Assembly (NCBI GenBank): GCA_964576115.1
Contig: CAZNUA010000037.1
Span: forward strand, 1-35,893
DNA length: 35,893 nucleotides
Direction: 5' to 3'
DNA from: an uncultured Gemmatimonadota bacterium
GTDB taxonomy: Bacteria; Blakebacterota; Blakebacteria; Blakebacterales; Blakebacteraceae
Positions 16,750 to 26,322 of this stretch are shown one piece after another (the first letter of the stretch is position 1; every line of letters starts with the position of its first letter). Position numbers and translations under genes: made by a program. Below the pieces are notes generated by a model, which was not told the origin of the DNA, ran no database searches, and worked only from the letters and a program-made list of their open reading frames with translations.

Positions 16750-18219
16750 TCAATCTTCAAAAGCCATCTTCTTGAAGATCTTCTTGCACTCGTTCAGCTT
16801 GCGGATGCTGTAGCCGTAAATGGCGACCTTCTCGGCTTCCTTGTTTCCGCCGCCGTGTTTGGAGCCGAACTGCAGCAGGCCGCTCTCGTTCGAGGCCACG
16901 AAGGTCCGGATCAGCTCGTTGACCCGGTAGTGGTCTTCGGCGCTCACGCCTTTCTTCCGTGCGAAGAGATCGCGCACGTGCTCGCCGTACTCGGGATCGC
17001 TCAGCAGTTCGGGGTAGGGCATGTTGGTGGGCAGCGCCCCGGCGAGATCCTGCAGGGTGGCGATGGCGGTGTGGAAATTCTGGCTCGAGAGATACTTGCC
17101 CATGTTCGAATAAACCGGATCGGGGAAGAGCACTCCGCTCTCGGTCTCTTTCGCCTCCTGGATGGCGGCGATCTGCATCGCCTGGACCATGATCGAGGTC
17201 TTGTAGATATCCAGGATCTTGTCGGAATTGTTCGACAGGAAATACTCGCCCTTGGTGCCGTTGTAGTCGGTGATCAGCATCGCCGCGCCGGTCATCAGGT
17301 CGTAGAGCGCGGGCTTGCAGGCGGTGTAGGAGAAGCGGTGCAGGGTGGCGAAGAGATCGGCGTAGACGGCGGCGAAATTGAACTCGCCTTTCAGGAAGAT
17401 CCGCTCGTTGGGGATGAAGACGTTGTTGAAGATGACCATCCCCTCTTTGTTCAGGTACTTGCGCCCGTGGGTGGCGCAGAACTCCCCGTGCAGAGTGACA
17501 ACATCTGGTCCCAGGACGTAACGTTCGACCCCCTCGGCATCGGCGGGAATGGCGAAGGCCACGGCGCAGTCGCTGTCGCTCTTGCCGTACTGCAGACCCG
17601 GCAGAGCGATCAGTTCCTCGGTATAGAGGCTCATCGTGATGGGGGTCTTGATGCCGCTGACGACGATCCCGTCGGGGCGCTCCTCGACGATGCGCACGTA
17701 GCTGTTGGGGGCTGGCTGCTTCGAGGGGGGCTTGCTGCGGTCGCCCTTGCCGTCTGTCACCGCGCCGGCCGGAGCGATGTCGTTCTCCTGGATGTAGGCC
17801 AGGTACCTCAGGAACCGTTGGTGGTACTCGGTTTCGAAGTTGTTGGCCTTGTCCGCCCGGTAGGTGCCCACGTGCAGAGCCCAGAGAGCGTCGCCCCCCA
17901 CGCAGCGCTGTACGCAGCCGACCTGCTTGGTCAGGCAGTTGATCATGGTCAGCCGGGTGGTCATTTCCTGGCGGGTGCGGGGGACGTGGTTGTAGCGGTT
18001 CACCACGCAGCCGATCTCGGGCGATTCGATCGCCATGTGCCCCTTGCACTGCGGATCCCGGGCCTGGTCGTAGGTCACCCCGACGACATTCACGCCCTTC
18101 TGGATATCCTCGTCCTCGTACGGCTCTTCCAGCAACCGGTCCCGAATGATGTTCGGGCGCATGGCCTTCAGCGCAGCGAGGTACTCCTGCGATGTCTTGA
18201 GGATTTCCTTCTTCTCCAT
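16750..18219 (-). CDS. 4-hydroxybutyryl-CoA dehydratase-like (AbfD/HpaB family) FAD/[4Fe-4S] protein, divergent
   Basis: CVQRCVGGDA and HRFSYTACK (three Cys plus His cluster ligands), AVTDGKGDRS, VVSGIK..IT, VIFNNVFIPNERIFLKGE; RBS AAGGAG. Confidence 0.85.
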   Translation of the reverse strand: MEKKEILKTSQEYLAALKAMRPNIIRDRLLEEPYEDEDIQKGVNVVGVTYDQARDPQCKGHMAIESPEIGCVVNRYNHVPRTRQEMTTRLTMINCLTKQVGCVQRCVGGDALWALHVGTYRADKANNFETEYHQRFLRYLAYIQENDIAPAGAVTDGKGDRSKPPSKQPAPNSYVRIVEERPDGIVVSGIKTPITMSLYTEELIALPGLQYGKSDSDCAVAFAIPADAEGVERYVLGPDVVTLHGEFCATHGRKYLNKEGMVIFNNVFIPNERIFLKGEFNFAAVYADLFATLHRFSYTACKPALYDLMTGAAMLITDYNGTKGEYFLSNNSDKILDIYKTSIMVQAMQIAAIQEAKETESGVLFPDPVYSNMGKYLSSQNFHTAIATLQDLAGALPTNMPYPELLSDPEYGEHVRDLFARKKGVSAEDHYRVNELIRTFVASNESGLLQFGSKHGGGNKEAEKVAIYGYSIRKLNECKKIFKKMAFED

Positions 18220-18306
18220 CACATCCGCTCCTTGCCCAGGTTGAACAGGCATTCTAGTGAAATCATGGGGGGAGCGAAAGACGCGATATATTGTGGACTG
18301 CGGCGG

Positions 18307-19041
18307 TTACAGGGCCTGACTGAGGAAGGTGAATACCTCGCTCAGGTCGTCGTAGCGCAAAGCGGCGTACGCGTCCAGGGGGGTCGGCATGTTGTTGACG
18401 ATGACGAGCTTGCCCCCGCTCTCGAGGGTGTACAGCGGTATCGAAGCGGCCGGCTGTACGATCAGGGTGGAGCCGCAGACCAGCAGGCAGTCGGCTTCGA
18501 AGGCGAGCTGGGAGGCCTGCTGGAGGGCGCTCTGCGGCAGGGCTTCCCCGAAGAAGGTGATATCGGGTTTGATGATACCCCCGCAGGCGGGACAGAGCGG
18601 CGGGATATCGCCCGCCCGGAGACGCTCGCAGATCGTCTCGTACGAATAGGTTCGATCGCAGTCGAGGCAGCGGTGCAGGCTGGGGGAACCGTGCAGTTCG
18701 ATGACCCTCTGCGAGCCGGCTTTCTGATGCAGCAGGTCGATGTTCTGGGTGATGACGCCGTGGATGATCCCCCCGCCTTCCAGACGGGCCAGCTCGTTGT
18801 GCACCAGCCCCGGAGTCCGGTCGTCGAGGCCGTAGATGATGTCGCGGCTGTGGGTGTAGTAGTACCCGGGATCGGCCAGGAATGCGTGAAGATCGAAGAT
18901 CCGGTCGGCATCGATCTCCTCGTCGCGGTAGATTCCGTCCTCACCCCGGAAATCCCGGATGCCCGAGAAGGTCGAGACCCCTGCTCCGGTGAAAGCGACG
19001 CAGTTCCGTGAAGTCGTGAGCAGATCGATCAGTTCGCGCAT
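18307..19041 (-). CDS. cobB: NAD-dependent protein deacylase (sirtuin)
   Basis: FTGAGVSTFSGIRDFRG, ITQNIDLLHQKAG, ELHGS, two CxxC pairs, KPDITFFGE, GSTLIVQPAA. Start codon uncertain. Confidence 0.93.
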   Translation of the reverse strand: MRELIDLLTTSRNCVAFTGAGVSTFSGIRDFRGEDGIYRDEEIDADRIFDLHAFLADPGYYYTHSRDIIYGLDDRTPGLVHNELARLEGGGIIHGVITQNIDLLHQKAGSQRVIELHGSPSLHRCLDCDRTYSYETICERLRAGDIPPLCPACGGIIKPDITFFGEALPQSALQQASQLAFEADCLLVCGSTLIVQPAASIPLYTLESGGKLVIVNNMPTPLDAYAALRYDDLSEVFTFLSQAL

Positions 19042-19249
19042 GGCTTCATTATCGCCGGAGTTTTCACTTTTCTGCAATACCACCATCACAGACACCGTCC
19101 ACCCTCTGTGGCCTACCTCTACCATCGATTGTCAAAACGGTCTCAGTTCCCTAACTTGTAAGCTTCCCATTCGATCGGATTTGACCCGACTCCGCTCTGC
19201 GGGCGGACAGGGTTCCCCTTTGCCGGCATTTTCTGCGGGATGGTAGAGT

Positions 19250-20836
19250 ATGAGTGAGAACAGACACGACCGGAGTCCCCGGGATCAGGAAAGTCCAAGC
19301 CTCGGAGCGCGTATCCGCGACTTCCTGATTCAGGCTGCTTCCCTGATGAAAGGGGGCGGCAGTGAGGCCCTCGACCGGCAGCGCAGTAAGGGCAAGATGA
19401 CCGCCCGCGAACGGGTGGAGTACCTGCTCGATTCCGACAGCTTCCTCGAACTCGATCTCTTCGTCGAACATACCGCCCGCGACTTCGGCATGGACAAGAA
19501 GAAACTGGCCGGGGACGGCGTCATTACGGGTTTCGGACGGATCGGCACCCGGCCGGTGGCTCTCTATGCCCAGGATTTCACCGTGGCGGGAGGATCGCTC
19601 GGCATGATGCACGCCGGCAAGATCGTCAAAGTCATGGACGGTGCCCGCGACCGGCTCATTCCCTTGATCGGGATCAACGACTCCGGTGGGGCCCGCATCC
19701 AGGAAGGGATCGATTCCCTGCGCGGGTACGGCGATATCTTCTTCCGCAACACCCTGCTGAGCGGGGTGGTGCCCCAGCTTTCGGTCATCCTCGGCCCCTG
19801 CGCCGGCGGAGCGGTGTACTCGCCTGCCCTGACCGATTTCGTCTTCGTCGTCGACGGTGTGTCGAACATGTTCATCACCGGGCCGCAGGTGATCAAGACG
19901 GTGCTCGGTGAAGAGGTCACCCCAGAGGAACTCGGTGGAGCCCGGGTGCAGACCACCGTGACGGGTAACGCTCACTTCTACGCCCGCACCGAACACGAGG
20001 CTTTCGATCAGGTCGCCCGACTTCTTACCTTCCTGCCGGCCAACTCGCGCCAGATGCCCCCTGCGGTGCATTGGAGACCGCCGGCCCGTCCGATCACCAA
20101 CGACATCATTCCTCCCGAACGCCGGCGCGCCTTCGATGTCGTCGACGTGATCCGCGGCATCGTGGACGATTCCGACTTTCTCGAGGTGCAGGCCGGATGG
20201 GCCCGAAATATCGTCATCGGGTTCGCCCGTCTCGATGGCCGTACGGTCGGGATCGTGGCCAACCAGCCGCGTATCCTGGCCGGGGTGCTCGATGTCGATT
20301 CCTCTGACAAGGCGGCTCGTTTCATCCGTTTCTGCGACGCCTTCAATATCCCCCTCGTCACATTCGTCGATACCCCCGGTTACCTGCCGGGCGTGGACCA
20401 GGAGTATGCCGGGGTGATCCGCCACGGAGCCAAGATTCTCTACGCCTATTCCGAAGCCACCGTTCCCAAACTCACGGTCATCATGCGCAAAGCGTACGGC
20501 GGGGCCTACATTGCCATGTGCAGCCGGCATCTGGGCGCCAATTTTCTCTTTGCCTGGCCGGGTGCCGAGATCGCCGTCATGGGTCCCGAAGGGGCCGCCA
20601 ACATCATCTTCCGGCGCGAAATCGAAGCCAGCGCCGATCCCGACGCAACCCGGGCCGAGAAGGTGCGCGAGTACGAGGAGAAGTTCGCCAACCCGTATGT
20701 CGGGGCCTCGAAAGGGTATGTCGATGCCATCGTGGAGCCCGAAAAGACCCGCGAGGCGCTCATCAGGGGATTGAACCTGTCGCGGAACCGCGAGTACGGC
20801 AAGGTCGAGCGCCGGCACGGGAACATGCCGCTCTGA
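19250..20836 (+). CDS. acyl-CoA carboxylase/decarboxylase carboxyltransferase subunit (PccB/MmdA family)
   Basis: GKMTARERV, QDFTVAGGSLG, DSGGARIQEG, GPCAGGAVYSPALTDF, RKAYGGAYIAM, RHGNMPL. Confidence 0.95.
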   Translation: MSENRHDRSPRDQESPSLGARIRDFLIQAASLMKGGGSEALDRQRSKGKMTARERVEYLLDSDSFLELDLFVEHTARDFGMDKKKLAGDGVITGFGRIGTRPVALYAQDFTVAGGSLGMMHAGKIVKVMDGARDRLIPLIGINDSGGARIQEGIDSLRGYGDIFFRNTLLSGVVPQLSVILGPCAGGAVYSPALTDFVFVVDGVSNMFITGPQVIKTVLGEEVTPEELGGARVQTTVTGNAHFYARTEHEAFDQVARLLTFLPANSRQMPPAVHWRPPARPITNDIIPPERRRAFDVVDVIRGIVDDSDFLEVQAGWARNIVIGFARLDGRTVGIVANQPRILAGVLDVDSSDKAARFIRFCDAFNIPLVTFVDTPGYLPGVDQEYAGVIRHGAKILYAYSEATVPKLTVIMRKAYGGAYIAMCSRHLGANFLFAWPGAEIAVMGPEGAANIIFRREIEASADPDATRAEKVREYEEKFANPYVGASKGYVDAIVEPEKTREALIRGLNLSRNREYGKVERRHGNMPL

Positions 20837-20885
20837 CGATTCGGGATGGGCGTGTCGGCCGGGACGAGAGGCCTGAAAGGACAGT

Positions 20886-21191
20886 GTGAGCGAGTTCGAA
20901 TATCTGAACATCGATGAGACTCTCTATGAGACTGAAATCCCCGCGGGGACCTTCACAGCCAGTGACGGTCCGCCCGACAGGCGTCAGGTCAGGGCCTTCA
21001 TTCCAGGGATCATCCATGAAATACGCGTCGGGGAGGGCGGCCGGGTCGAGACCGGTGACGTGCTGCTGCTGCTCGAGGCCATGAAGATGTACAACGAAGT
21101 CACCGCCATTCAAAGCGGCCGGGTGGAAAAGGTTCTCGTCGAAGCCGGCGACATCGTCGAGAAAAATCAGCTCTTGCTCACGCTTGACTGA
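20886..21191 (+). CDS. biotin carboxyl carrier protein
   Basis: LEAMKMYNEV biotinylation motif; 101 aa; adjacent to the carboxyltransferase gene. Confidence 0.92.
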   Translation: MSEFEYLNIDETLYETEIPAGTFTASDGPPDRRQVRAFIPGIIHEIRVGEGGRVETGDVLLLLEAMKMYNEVTAIQSGRVEKVLVEAGDIVEKNQLLLTLD

Positions 21192-21244
21192 ATCCTCCGG
21201 CGGGCCGTTCCGGTCACGCCTCCCGATCGTGAGTACGGAATTCC

Positions 21245-21281
21245 CGGAAAAGGAGAGGGCGGGCCCGACGGGGCCCGCCCT
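21245..21281 (-). terminator. intrinsic terminator of the VPS10-like gene (possibly bidirectional)
   Basis: Perfect stem GAGGGCGGGCCC-GAC-GGGCCCGCCCTC (21255-21281), followed on the minus strand by TCCTTTTCC. Confidence 0.75.
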
Positions 21282-21329
21282 CCGTGGTTCCGGCCGATCT
21301 CTCAGCCGGTCTGATCGCTCCGGTCCGCT

Positions 21330-24074
21330 CTACTTCTCGAAGCGGTAATCGTAACGGATCTCACCTGTCTGCTCGTACTCCCGGCCGTTGACGACCATGA
21401 CGATCCGGTAGGTATCGGGTGGGGCCTGAACGATGATGTTGTCGGGATCCTCCGGTTCGCGCGGCTCTCCCGGGCGCTGGAACTGCCGGCCGCCCATCTG
21501 CCCACCCCGCCGCGAACGCCGCTCGAGTTCTTCCTTCTCCTGCGGGGTGCGCGGGCGCTTGATCTGCATGTCCCAGATCTGCGTGTGCAGACCGGCATCG
21601 GTTCCTCCTTCCAGCTCTCGCACCAGCCGCGAACCGCGATAGATGCGGAAAGCGACCGCATCCACCTCGCGGGCCAGGTAGTATTCCAGCTCCATCCCGT
21701 TCGGCTCGCTCCGGGCGAAGGTGACGTTCTGGGAGCTCGAGTCGTACCTCGGTCCCGTTGCCCCCCGGGCGTACTCCGGCTCCACCGTGAAGAAATGAGC
21801 CTCGGCCCGCATGACCTCGGGGGTCAGCTCGCGCAGGGGCGAGATGTCGGCGATGAAGATGCTGCGGCCGTGGGTGCCCACCACCAGGTCACCGTCACGG
21901 GGGTGGATGACCAGATCGTGCACCGCCACGTACGGCATGTTGTTGCGCATCTGCGTCCAGCTTCGGCCCCGGTCGAGTGAAACGTAGACCGCCCGGTCGG
22001 TGCCGATCACCAGCAGGTCGGGATTCTTCTGGTCCTCCTTGATGACGTTGATCGGCTCGTCGGGCAGATTGGCGGCGATCGAGGTCCAGCTCTCGCCCGT
22101 ATCGGTAGTCATCCAGACGAAAGGCCGGAAATCGTCGCGCCGGAAGCCGGTGCAGCTCACGTACGCCACCGCCGGATCGTGATTCGACGCCGTCACCCGG
22201 CTGACCCAGTAGGCGGGGTAGTCGGGGATGCGGTCGTTCATCAACGTCCAGCTCCGTCCCGCGTCGGGCGAGTACTGCACGTTGCCGTCATCGGTGCCGA
22301 CCCAGAGCACTCCGGGGGTAATGGGGGATTCGTCGATGGTGGTGATGGTGCAGTGCTGAATGTTCCCGGTGCCGACGATTTTCGTCGAATCGGCGGTGGT
22401 CAGATCGGGGCTGATCTCTTCCCAGCTGTCCCCCCGATAGGACGAACGCAACAGCACGTTGGCGCCATGGTAAATCATGTTGGTGTTGTGCGGCGAAATC
22501 AGGATCGGCGCACACCAGTTGAAGCGCATCCCCTCACCCCGGTAGCGGATCGAGCGGGACTGCCCCGTCACCAGGTCGCGGATCGAGATCGGGCCGAACT
22601 GGCTCTCGTTGTAGAGATAGCGGTTGTTGGAGGGGTCGATGACGTTGTACATGCCGTCCCCGCCTCCGACACTCATCCAGGCCTCGAACGGTATCGTTCT
22701 CCCGCCGGGCAGCGAACTCGGGCCCAGATCCGAGCCGTTGTCCTGCAGACCCCCGGCCACATTGTAGGGGGTGGCCATGTCGACCCCGATGGCGTAGAGC
22801 TGCGCCAGCGGCATGTCGTCGGGGTGGTAGAAGGTCCGGCCCCCGTCATACGTGACCCCCATACCGTGGTCATAGCCCAGGATCATGTGGCGCGAATCCT
22901 CCGGATCGATCCAGAGGGCGTGGTTGTCACCGCCCACCTGAAAGCGGGCGCGCTCCCACGTCTTTCCCCCGTCGGTGGAATGGGTCACGCTGACGCCGAG
23001 GTTGTAAACATGCTCGGTGTCGTTCGGATCGATGATGATCTGGCCGTAGTAGTAGGGCGGGTTGCCGCCCACCGAGCCCTCCTCGTTGACCTTGCGCCAG
23101 CTGCGGCCGCCGTCATCGGTGCGGTAGACCTCGTTGCCGATGGTGCGCTCGCTCGGCGGGCGCCCCTCGAGCAGTTCCTGGCGCCGGACCTCGTCGGGAA
23201 CCCCTTCGGAGTTGGCGTTCTCGATCACGGCATAGAGGATGCTCGAGTTCTGCGGCGAGATGGTCAGGCCGATCCGGCCCAGCATGCCCCCCGGCAAGCC
23301 GCCCTCGAGCTGGGTCCAGCTCCGGCCCCCGTTGGTGGTCTTGAAGATGGCGCTTCCCGGCCCGCCCTCGTTGAAGGTCCAGGGCCGGCGGACCTTGTCG
23401 TAGGTCGCTGCGTACAGCGTATTCGACCGGCGGGGATCCATGACGACATCGACGACCCCGATATGCCGGTCCTCCACGACGTGGTCGAGCACCTTTTCCC
23501 AGGTCGTCCCGCCGTCGGTCGTCTTGTAGAGCCCTCGCTCGGGATTCTCGGAATACAGGTGACCGCAGGCCGCCACATAGACGATGTCGGGATTGGAGGG
23601 ATGCACCACGATCCGGCCGATGTGGTGGCTCTCCTCCAGCCCCAGATGCACCCAGGTTGAACCGGCGTCGACCGACTTGTAGATGCCGTCGCCGTAGTAG
23701 ACGCTCCGGCTGTTGTTCGCTTCCCCCGTCCCCAGGTAGAGGATATTCGGGTCCGAGGGGGCTACGGCAACGTCCCCGATCGAGATGATGTTCACGTCAT
23801 CGAGCAGGGAGGTGAAGGTTCGTCCCCGGTTCACGGTCTTCCACAGACCGCCCGAAGCGGTGGCGGCATAGAAGGTATGCGGTTCCTGCAGGGGTACCGC
23901 GTAATCCACGAACCGCCCCCCCTGCCGGGTGGGACCGATATTGCGGTAGGTGATCGAATCCAGGAGCCCGTCGGGGACCTGCTGAGCCCTCAGGGTTCCG
24001 TCCGGAATGGCGCCGATAACGAACAGCACCAGAAGGGCTGTCACCGGGCGGCGCCAGGCAGCCAGGTATCTCAT
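21330..24074 (-). CDS. exported VPS10/BNR (Asp-box) repeat beta-propeller protein
   Basis: Signal peptide; RNIGP..GGR, GTGEANNSRS, many S/T-x-D-x-G-x-S/T-W boxes, GGLQDNGS, GGGDG, RFNWCAPI, VVGTHGRS. Confidence 0.9.
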   Translation of the reverse strand: MRYLAAWRRPVTALLVLFVIGAIPDGTLRAQQVPDGLLDSITYRNIGPTRQGGRFVDYAVPLQEPHTFYAATASGGLWKTVNRGRTFTSLLDDVNIISIGDVAVAPSDPNILYLGTGEANNSRSVYYGDGIYKSVDAGSTWVHLGLEESHHIGRIVVHPSNPDIVYVAACGHLYSENPERGLYKTTDGGTTWEKVLDHVVEDRHIGVVDVVMDPRRSNTLYAATYDKVRRPWTFNEGGPGSAIFKTTNGGRSWTQLEGGLPGGMLGRIGLTISPQNSSILYAVIENANSEGVPDEVRRQELLEGRPPSERTIGNEVYRTDDGGRSWRKVNEEGSVGGNPPYYYGQIIIDPNDTEHVYNLGVSVTHSTDGGKTWERARFQVGGDNHALWIDPEDSRHMILGYDHGMGVTYDGGRTFYHPDDMPLAQLYAIGVDMATPYNVAGGLQDNGSDLGPSSLPGGRTIPFEAWMSVGGGDGMYNVIDPSNNRYLYNESQFGPISIRDLVTGQSRSIRYRGEGMRFNWCAPILISPHNTNMIYHGANVLLRSSYRGDSWEEISPDLTTADSTKIVGTGNIQHCTITTIDESPITPGVLWVGTDDGNVQYSPDAGRSWTLMNDRIPDYPAYWVSRVTASNHDPAVAYVSCTGFRRDDFRPFVWMTTDTGESWTSIAANLPDEPINVIKEDQKNPDLLVIGTDRAVYVSLDRGRSWTQMRNNMPYVAVHDLVIHPRDGDLVVGTHGRSIFIADISPLRELTPEVMRAEAHFFTVEPEYARGATGPRYDSSSQNVTFARSEPNGMELEYYLAREVDAVAFRIYRGSRLVRELEGGTDAGLHTQIWDMQIKRPRTPQEKEELERRSRRGGQMGGRQFQRPGEPREPEDPDNIIVQAPPDTYRIVMVVNGREYEQTGEIRYDYRFEK

Positions 24075-24309
24075 CGATGTCTTCTCCTCACTCGGATCCG
24101 GGCGCCGATCCCGGACTCACCCGGGCCGACCGCCGTCATATGTGTCAATACCTATACATCACACCGGGCATTCAGCACGAACGGAAACCGATCCGGAAAC
24201 GCTGTCATCAGATTCGGTCCGGCATCCGTTACAGGTGTGCAACGAGCCACTCTGCCTCTGCCCGCATCGTGTCTGCGTCTTCGGTTGTGTGTTATACCGG
24301 GAGAATGCC

Positions 24310-25116
24310 ATGCTGTTTCGCCGACTTCGCGCTCTGACCGCTCTCGTCGTGGCCTGCGCCATCCTGATCGGGCTCGGTAACTGTTCGAAAAAGCCGACCG
24401 GTCCCAATCCCGGCGATATCACGATTCTTTTCATCGGCAACAGCCTGACCTTCTGTAACACCATGCCGGCGTGGTTCGAGCACATGTGCAGCCAGATGGA
24501 TCGCCAGGTTTATGTCTACGACGGCTCTATCGGTGAGACCTATATGGTTCATCATATCGCCAACACCCGGACGATCTCTCTTCTCCAGGACCTCGATTTC
24601 GAGTGGGACGCCGTCATCCTGCAGGACTCGAGTGGCCTCGAGATCTCCCCGTCGAGCCGCGAGCAGCTCCGTGAGATATTTCTGATCATGAAGCTCTATA
24701 TCCGATCCGCCAACCCGCGGGCCGGTATCTTCACGTTTCTGGACTGGCCCGATGTCGGCAGTGAGGACGAAGCCTTCACCGCCGACCGCCTCATCGATGG
24801 CACGATCGCCCTGGCCGACAGCCTTAACCTGATGATTGCTCCGGTCGGGGCGGCCTGGAAGCGGGTGCGGGCCGAGCGCCCGGGCATGAAACTGATCGCC
24901 GACGACAATGTTCATCCCTCGAAGGCGGGATCCTACCTGCAGGCCTGCGTGTACCTGGCGGCCGTTTTCCAGGAAGATCCCCGCCTGATCACCTGGCGGC
25001 CCGACGGGGTGAGCAAACTCACGGCGGAGTACCTGCGCGAGGTGGCCGCCGAGACGGTCTTCAACGATCTTGAGCGCTGGAATATTCCCGACTGGAGCCA
25101 GCCGCCGCCCTTCTGA
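24310..25116 (+). CDS. SGNH/GDSL hydrolase-family lipoprotein
   Basis: Lipobox-like LIGLGN|C; ILFIGNSLTF, WDAVILQD, DNVHPS..GSYL; RBS GGGAG. Confidence 0.82.
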   Translation: MLFRRLRALTALVVACAILIGLGNCSKKPTGPNPGDITILFIGNSLTFCNTMPAWFEHMCSQMDRQVYVYDGSIGETYMVHHIANTRTISLLQDLDFEWDAVILQDSSGLEISPSSREQLREIFLIMKLYIRSANPRAGIFTFLDWPDVGSEDEAFTADRLIDGTIALADSLNLMIAPVGAAWKRVRAERPGMKLIADDNVHPSKAGSYLQACVYLAAVFQEDPRLITWRPDGVSKLTAEYLREVAAETVFNDLERWNIPDWSQPPPF

Positions 25117-25146
25117 GGATTTCAGCGATTTCTCCCGGAATTCCTC

Positions 25147-26322
25147 TCAGATCTCCTCGAGCCTGTCGGGGATGGCGGTGAGCCGCTCGCGTGCTTTCTC
25201 AGCGATCGCCGGGACGACCCGGATTCCCCAGACGACGAGGAAGACGGCTCCGGCCGCCAGCGTCACCACGAAGATCGCGAACATGCCCCACTGCAGGTTG
25301 ACCGGTATCGCGGCCAGGTCGAAGGTGCCCTCCAGGGCCCAGATGCGGGTCAGGTCGCGGAAGATGACCTGGCTCGCGATCGCAAGGGTGATGCCGAGCG
25401 AGGCTGAGATCAGGGCCCCCGGTCCGGCCGCTCCCCGGGCCCGATAGGCGAAGAGGACGAGGCCGATCAGGCCGATCAGGCCCACTGCAAAGAGTACCGG
25501 AGTGGCGCCGACCTCCTGCCAGAGGGCCTTGATCTCATTCCCCCGGGTCGCCAGCAGCCCGAGGGCGGCCACCAGCCAGACCGCGGGCGAGAGAAGCACG
25601 GTCCGCAGGCCGGTACGCTCCGAGATGTCGGCCGCCTCGGCCAGTCCCCACCGGCGCATGACATGCCCCCGCCACATCAGCGCCAGACCGGTGACCGCGA
25701 AACTGCCCGAGAGAAAGAGCAGGAAGCGCGGCACGATGGTGGGCTCACCGTGCAGCAGCACTCCCCCGCCCGGGTGGTCGGCGTACAGACCGGCGAACTT
25801 CTCCGGACTCATCGAAAGAGTGAGGTTGTTGACGTAGATGAAACCCACGTACAGCAGGAGCACGGCCCCGGTCACGACCAGCGCGGTCTGGCCCCGGGGG
25901 CGCGCGTCGCGCATGAACTTGTGGTAATAGAAGATGGCGTAGGCGGCCAGCATGACCGGGATCACCTGGATCCAGAAGGTACCCACGATTACCGAAGAGG
26001 CGTAGAAGAGCTGGCCGTACAGGACCTGCACGAAAAGCAGCGGCGGGATACCCAGGGTGATGATGTACGACACCCCGAGCGGAAAGCTGCTCCCCAGGAA
26101 GCGGGTGATGCCCTCGTGATCGGGTATTTTGCGCCAGCGCGCCCAGAGAAAGAGGATCAGCCCTCCGACCGTGAAGTTCATGGCCAGGAAATGCAGGGTC
26201 AGGGTCAGCCAGGCCAGGGCCTGCAGGATCCAGGGGGGCAGGGGGAAACCGAGCGGATCGGGGCCCGGTATCTGAGGCTGGGCCAGCGCACAGGTCAGCA
26301 GGGCGGTTGTCACGGTCGTCAT
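25147..26322 (-). CDS. multi-TM protein, second CydA-like subunit of a bd-like oxidase
   Basis: LTLTLHFLAMNFTVGG (helix-I His), ITLGIPPLLFVQVLYG; about 9 TM; ATGA overlap with the upstream CydA-like gene. Confidence 0.7.
   Translation of the reverse strand: MTTVTTALLTCALAQPQIPGPDPLGFPLPPWILQALAWLTLTLHFLAMNFTVGGLILFLWARWRKIPDHEGITRFLGSSFPLGVSYIITLGIPPLLFVQVLYGQLFYASSVIVGTFWIQVIPVMLAAYAIFYYHKFMRDARPRGQTALVVTGAVLLLYVGFIYVNNLTLSMSPEKFAGLYADHPGGGVLLHGEPTIVPRFLLFLSGSFAVTGLALMWRGHVMRRWGLAEAADISERTGLRTVLLSPAVWLVAALGLLATRGNEIKALWQEVGATPVLFAVGLIGLIGLVLFAYRARGAAGPGALISASLGITLAIASQVIFRDLTRIWALEGTFDLAAIPVNLQWGMFAIFVVTLAAGAVFLVVWGIRVVPAIAEKARERLTAIPDRLEEI

Noticed and set aside
16750-18219. 4-hydroxyphenylacetate 3-monooxygenase (hpaB) call
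   Set aside because: The Fe-S ligand motifs CxxRC and HRxSYxxCK point to the AbfD branch; no flavin reductase gene is adjacent.
16855-19011. 718-aa plus-strand ORF
   Set aside because: Antisense shadow of the AbfD-like and sirtuin genes; no motifs; expected from high GC3 codon bias.
19130-19135. Perfect TTGACA hexamers on the minus strand (here and at 24143-24148)
   Set aside because: No acceptable -10 box at 16-18 nt spacing, so not called as promoters.
21330-24074. Recurrent short DNA similarities suggesting a repeat array
   Set aside because: They are coding Asp-box motifs, degenerate and irregularly spaced; not CRISPR or a tandem array.
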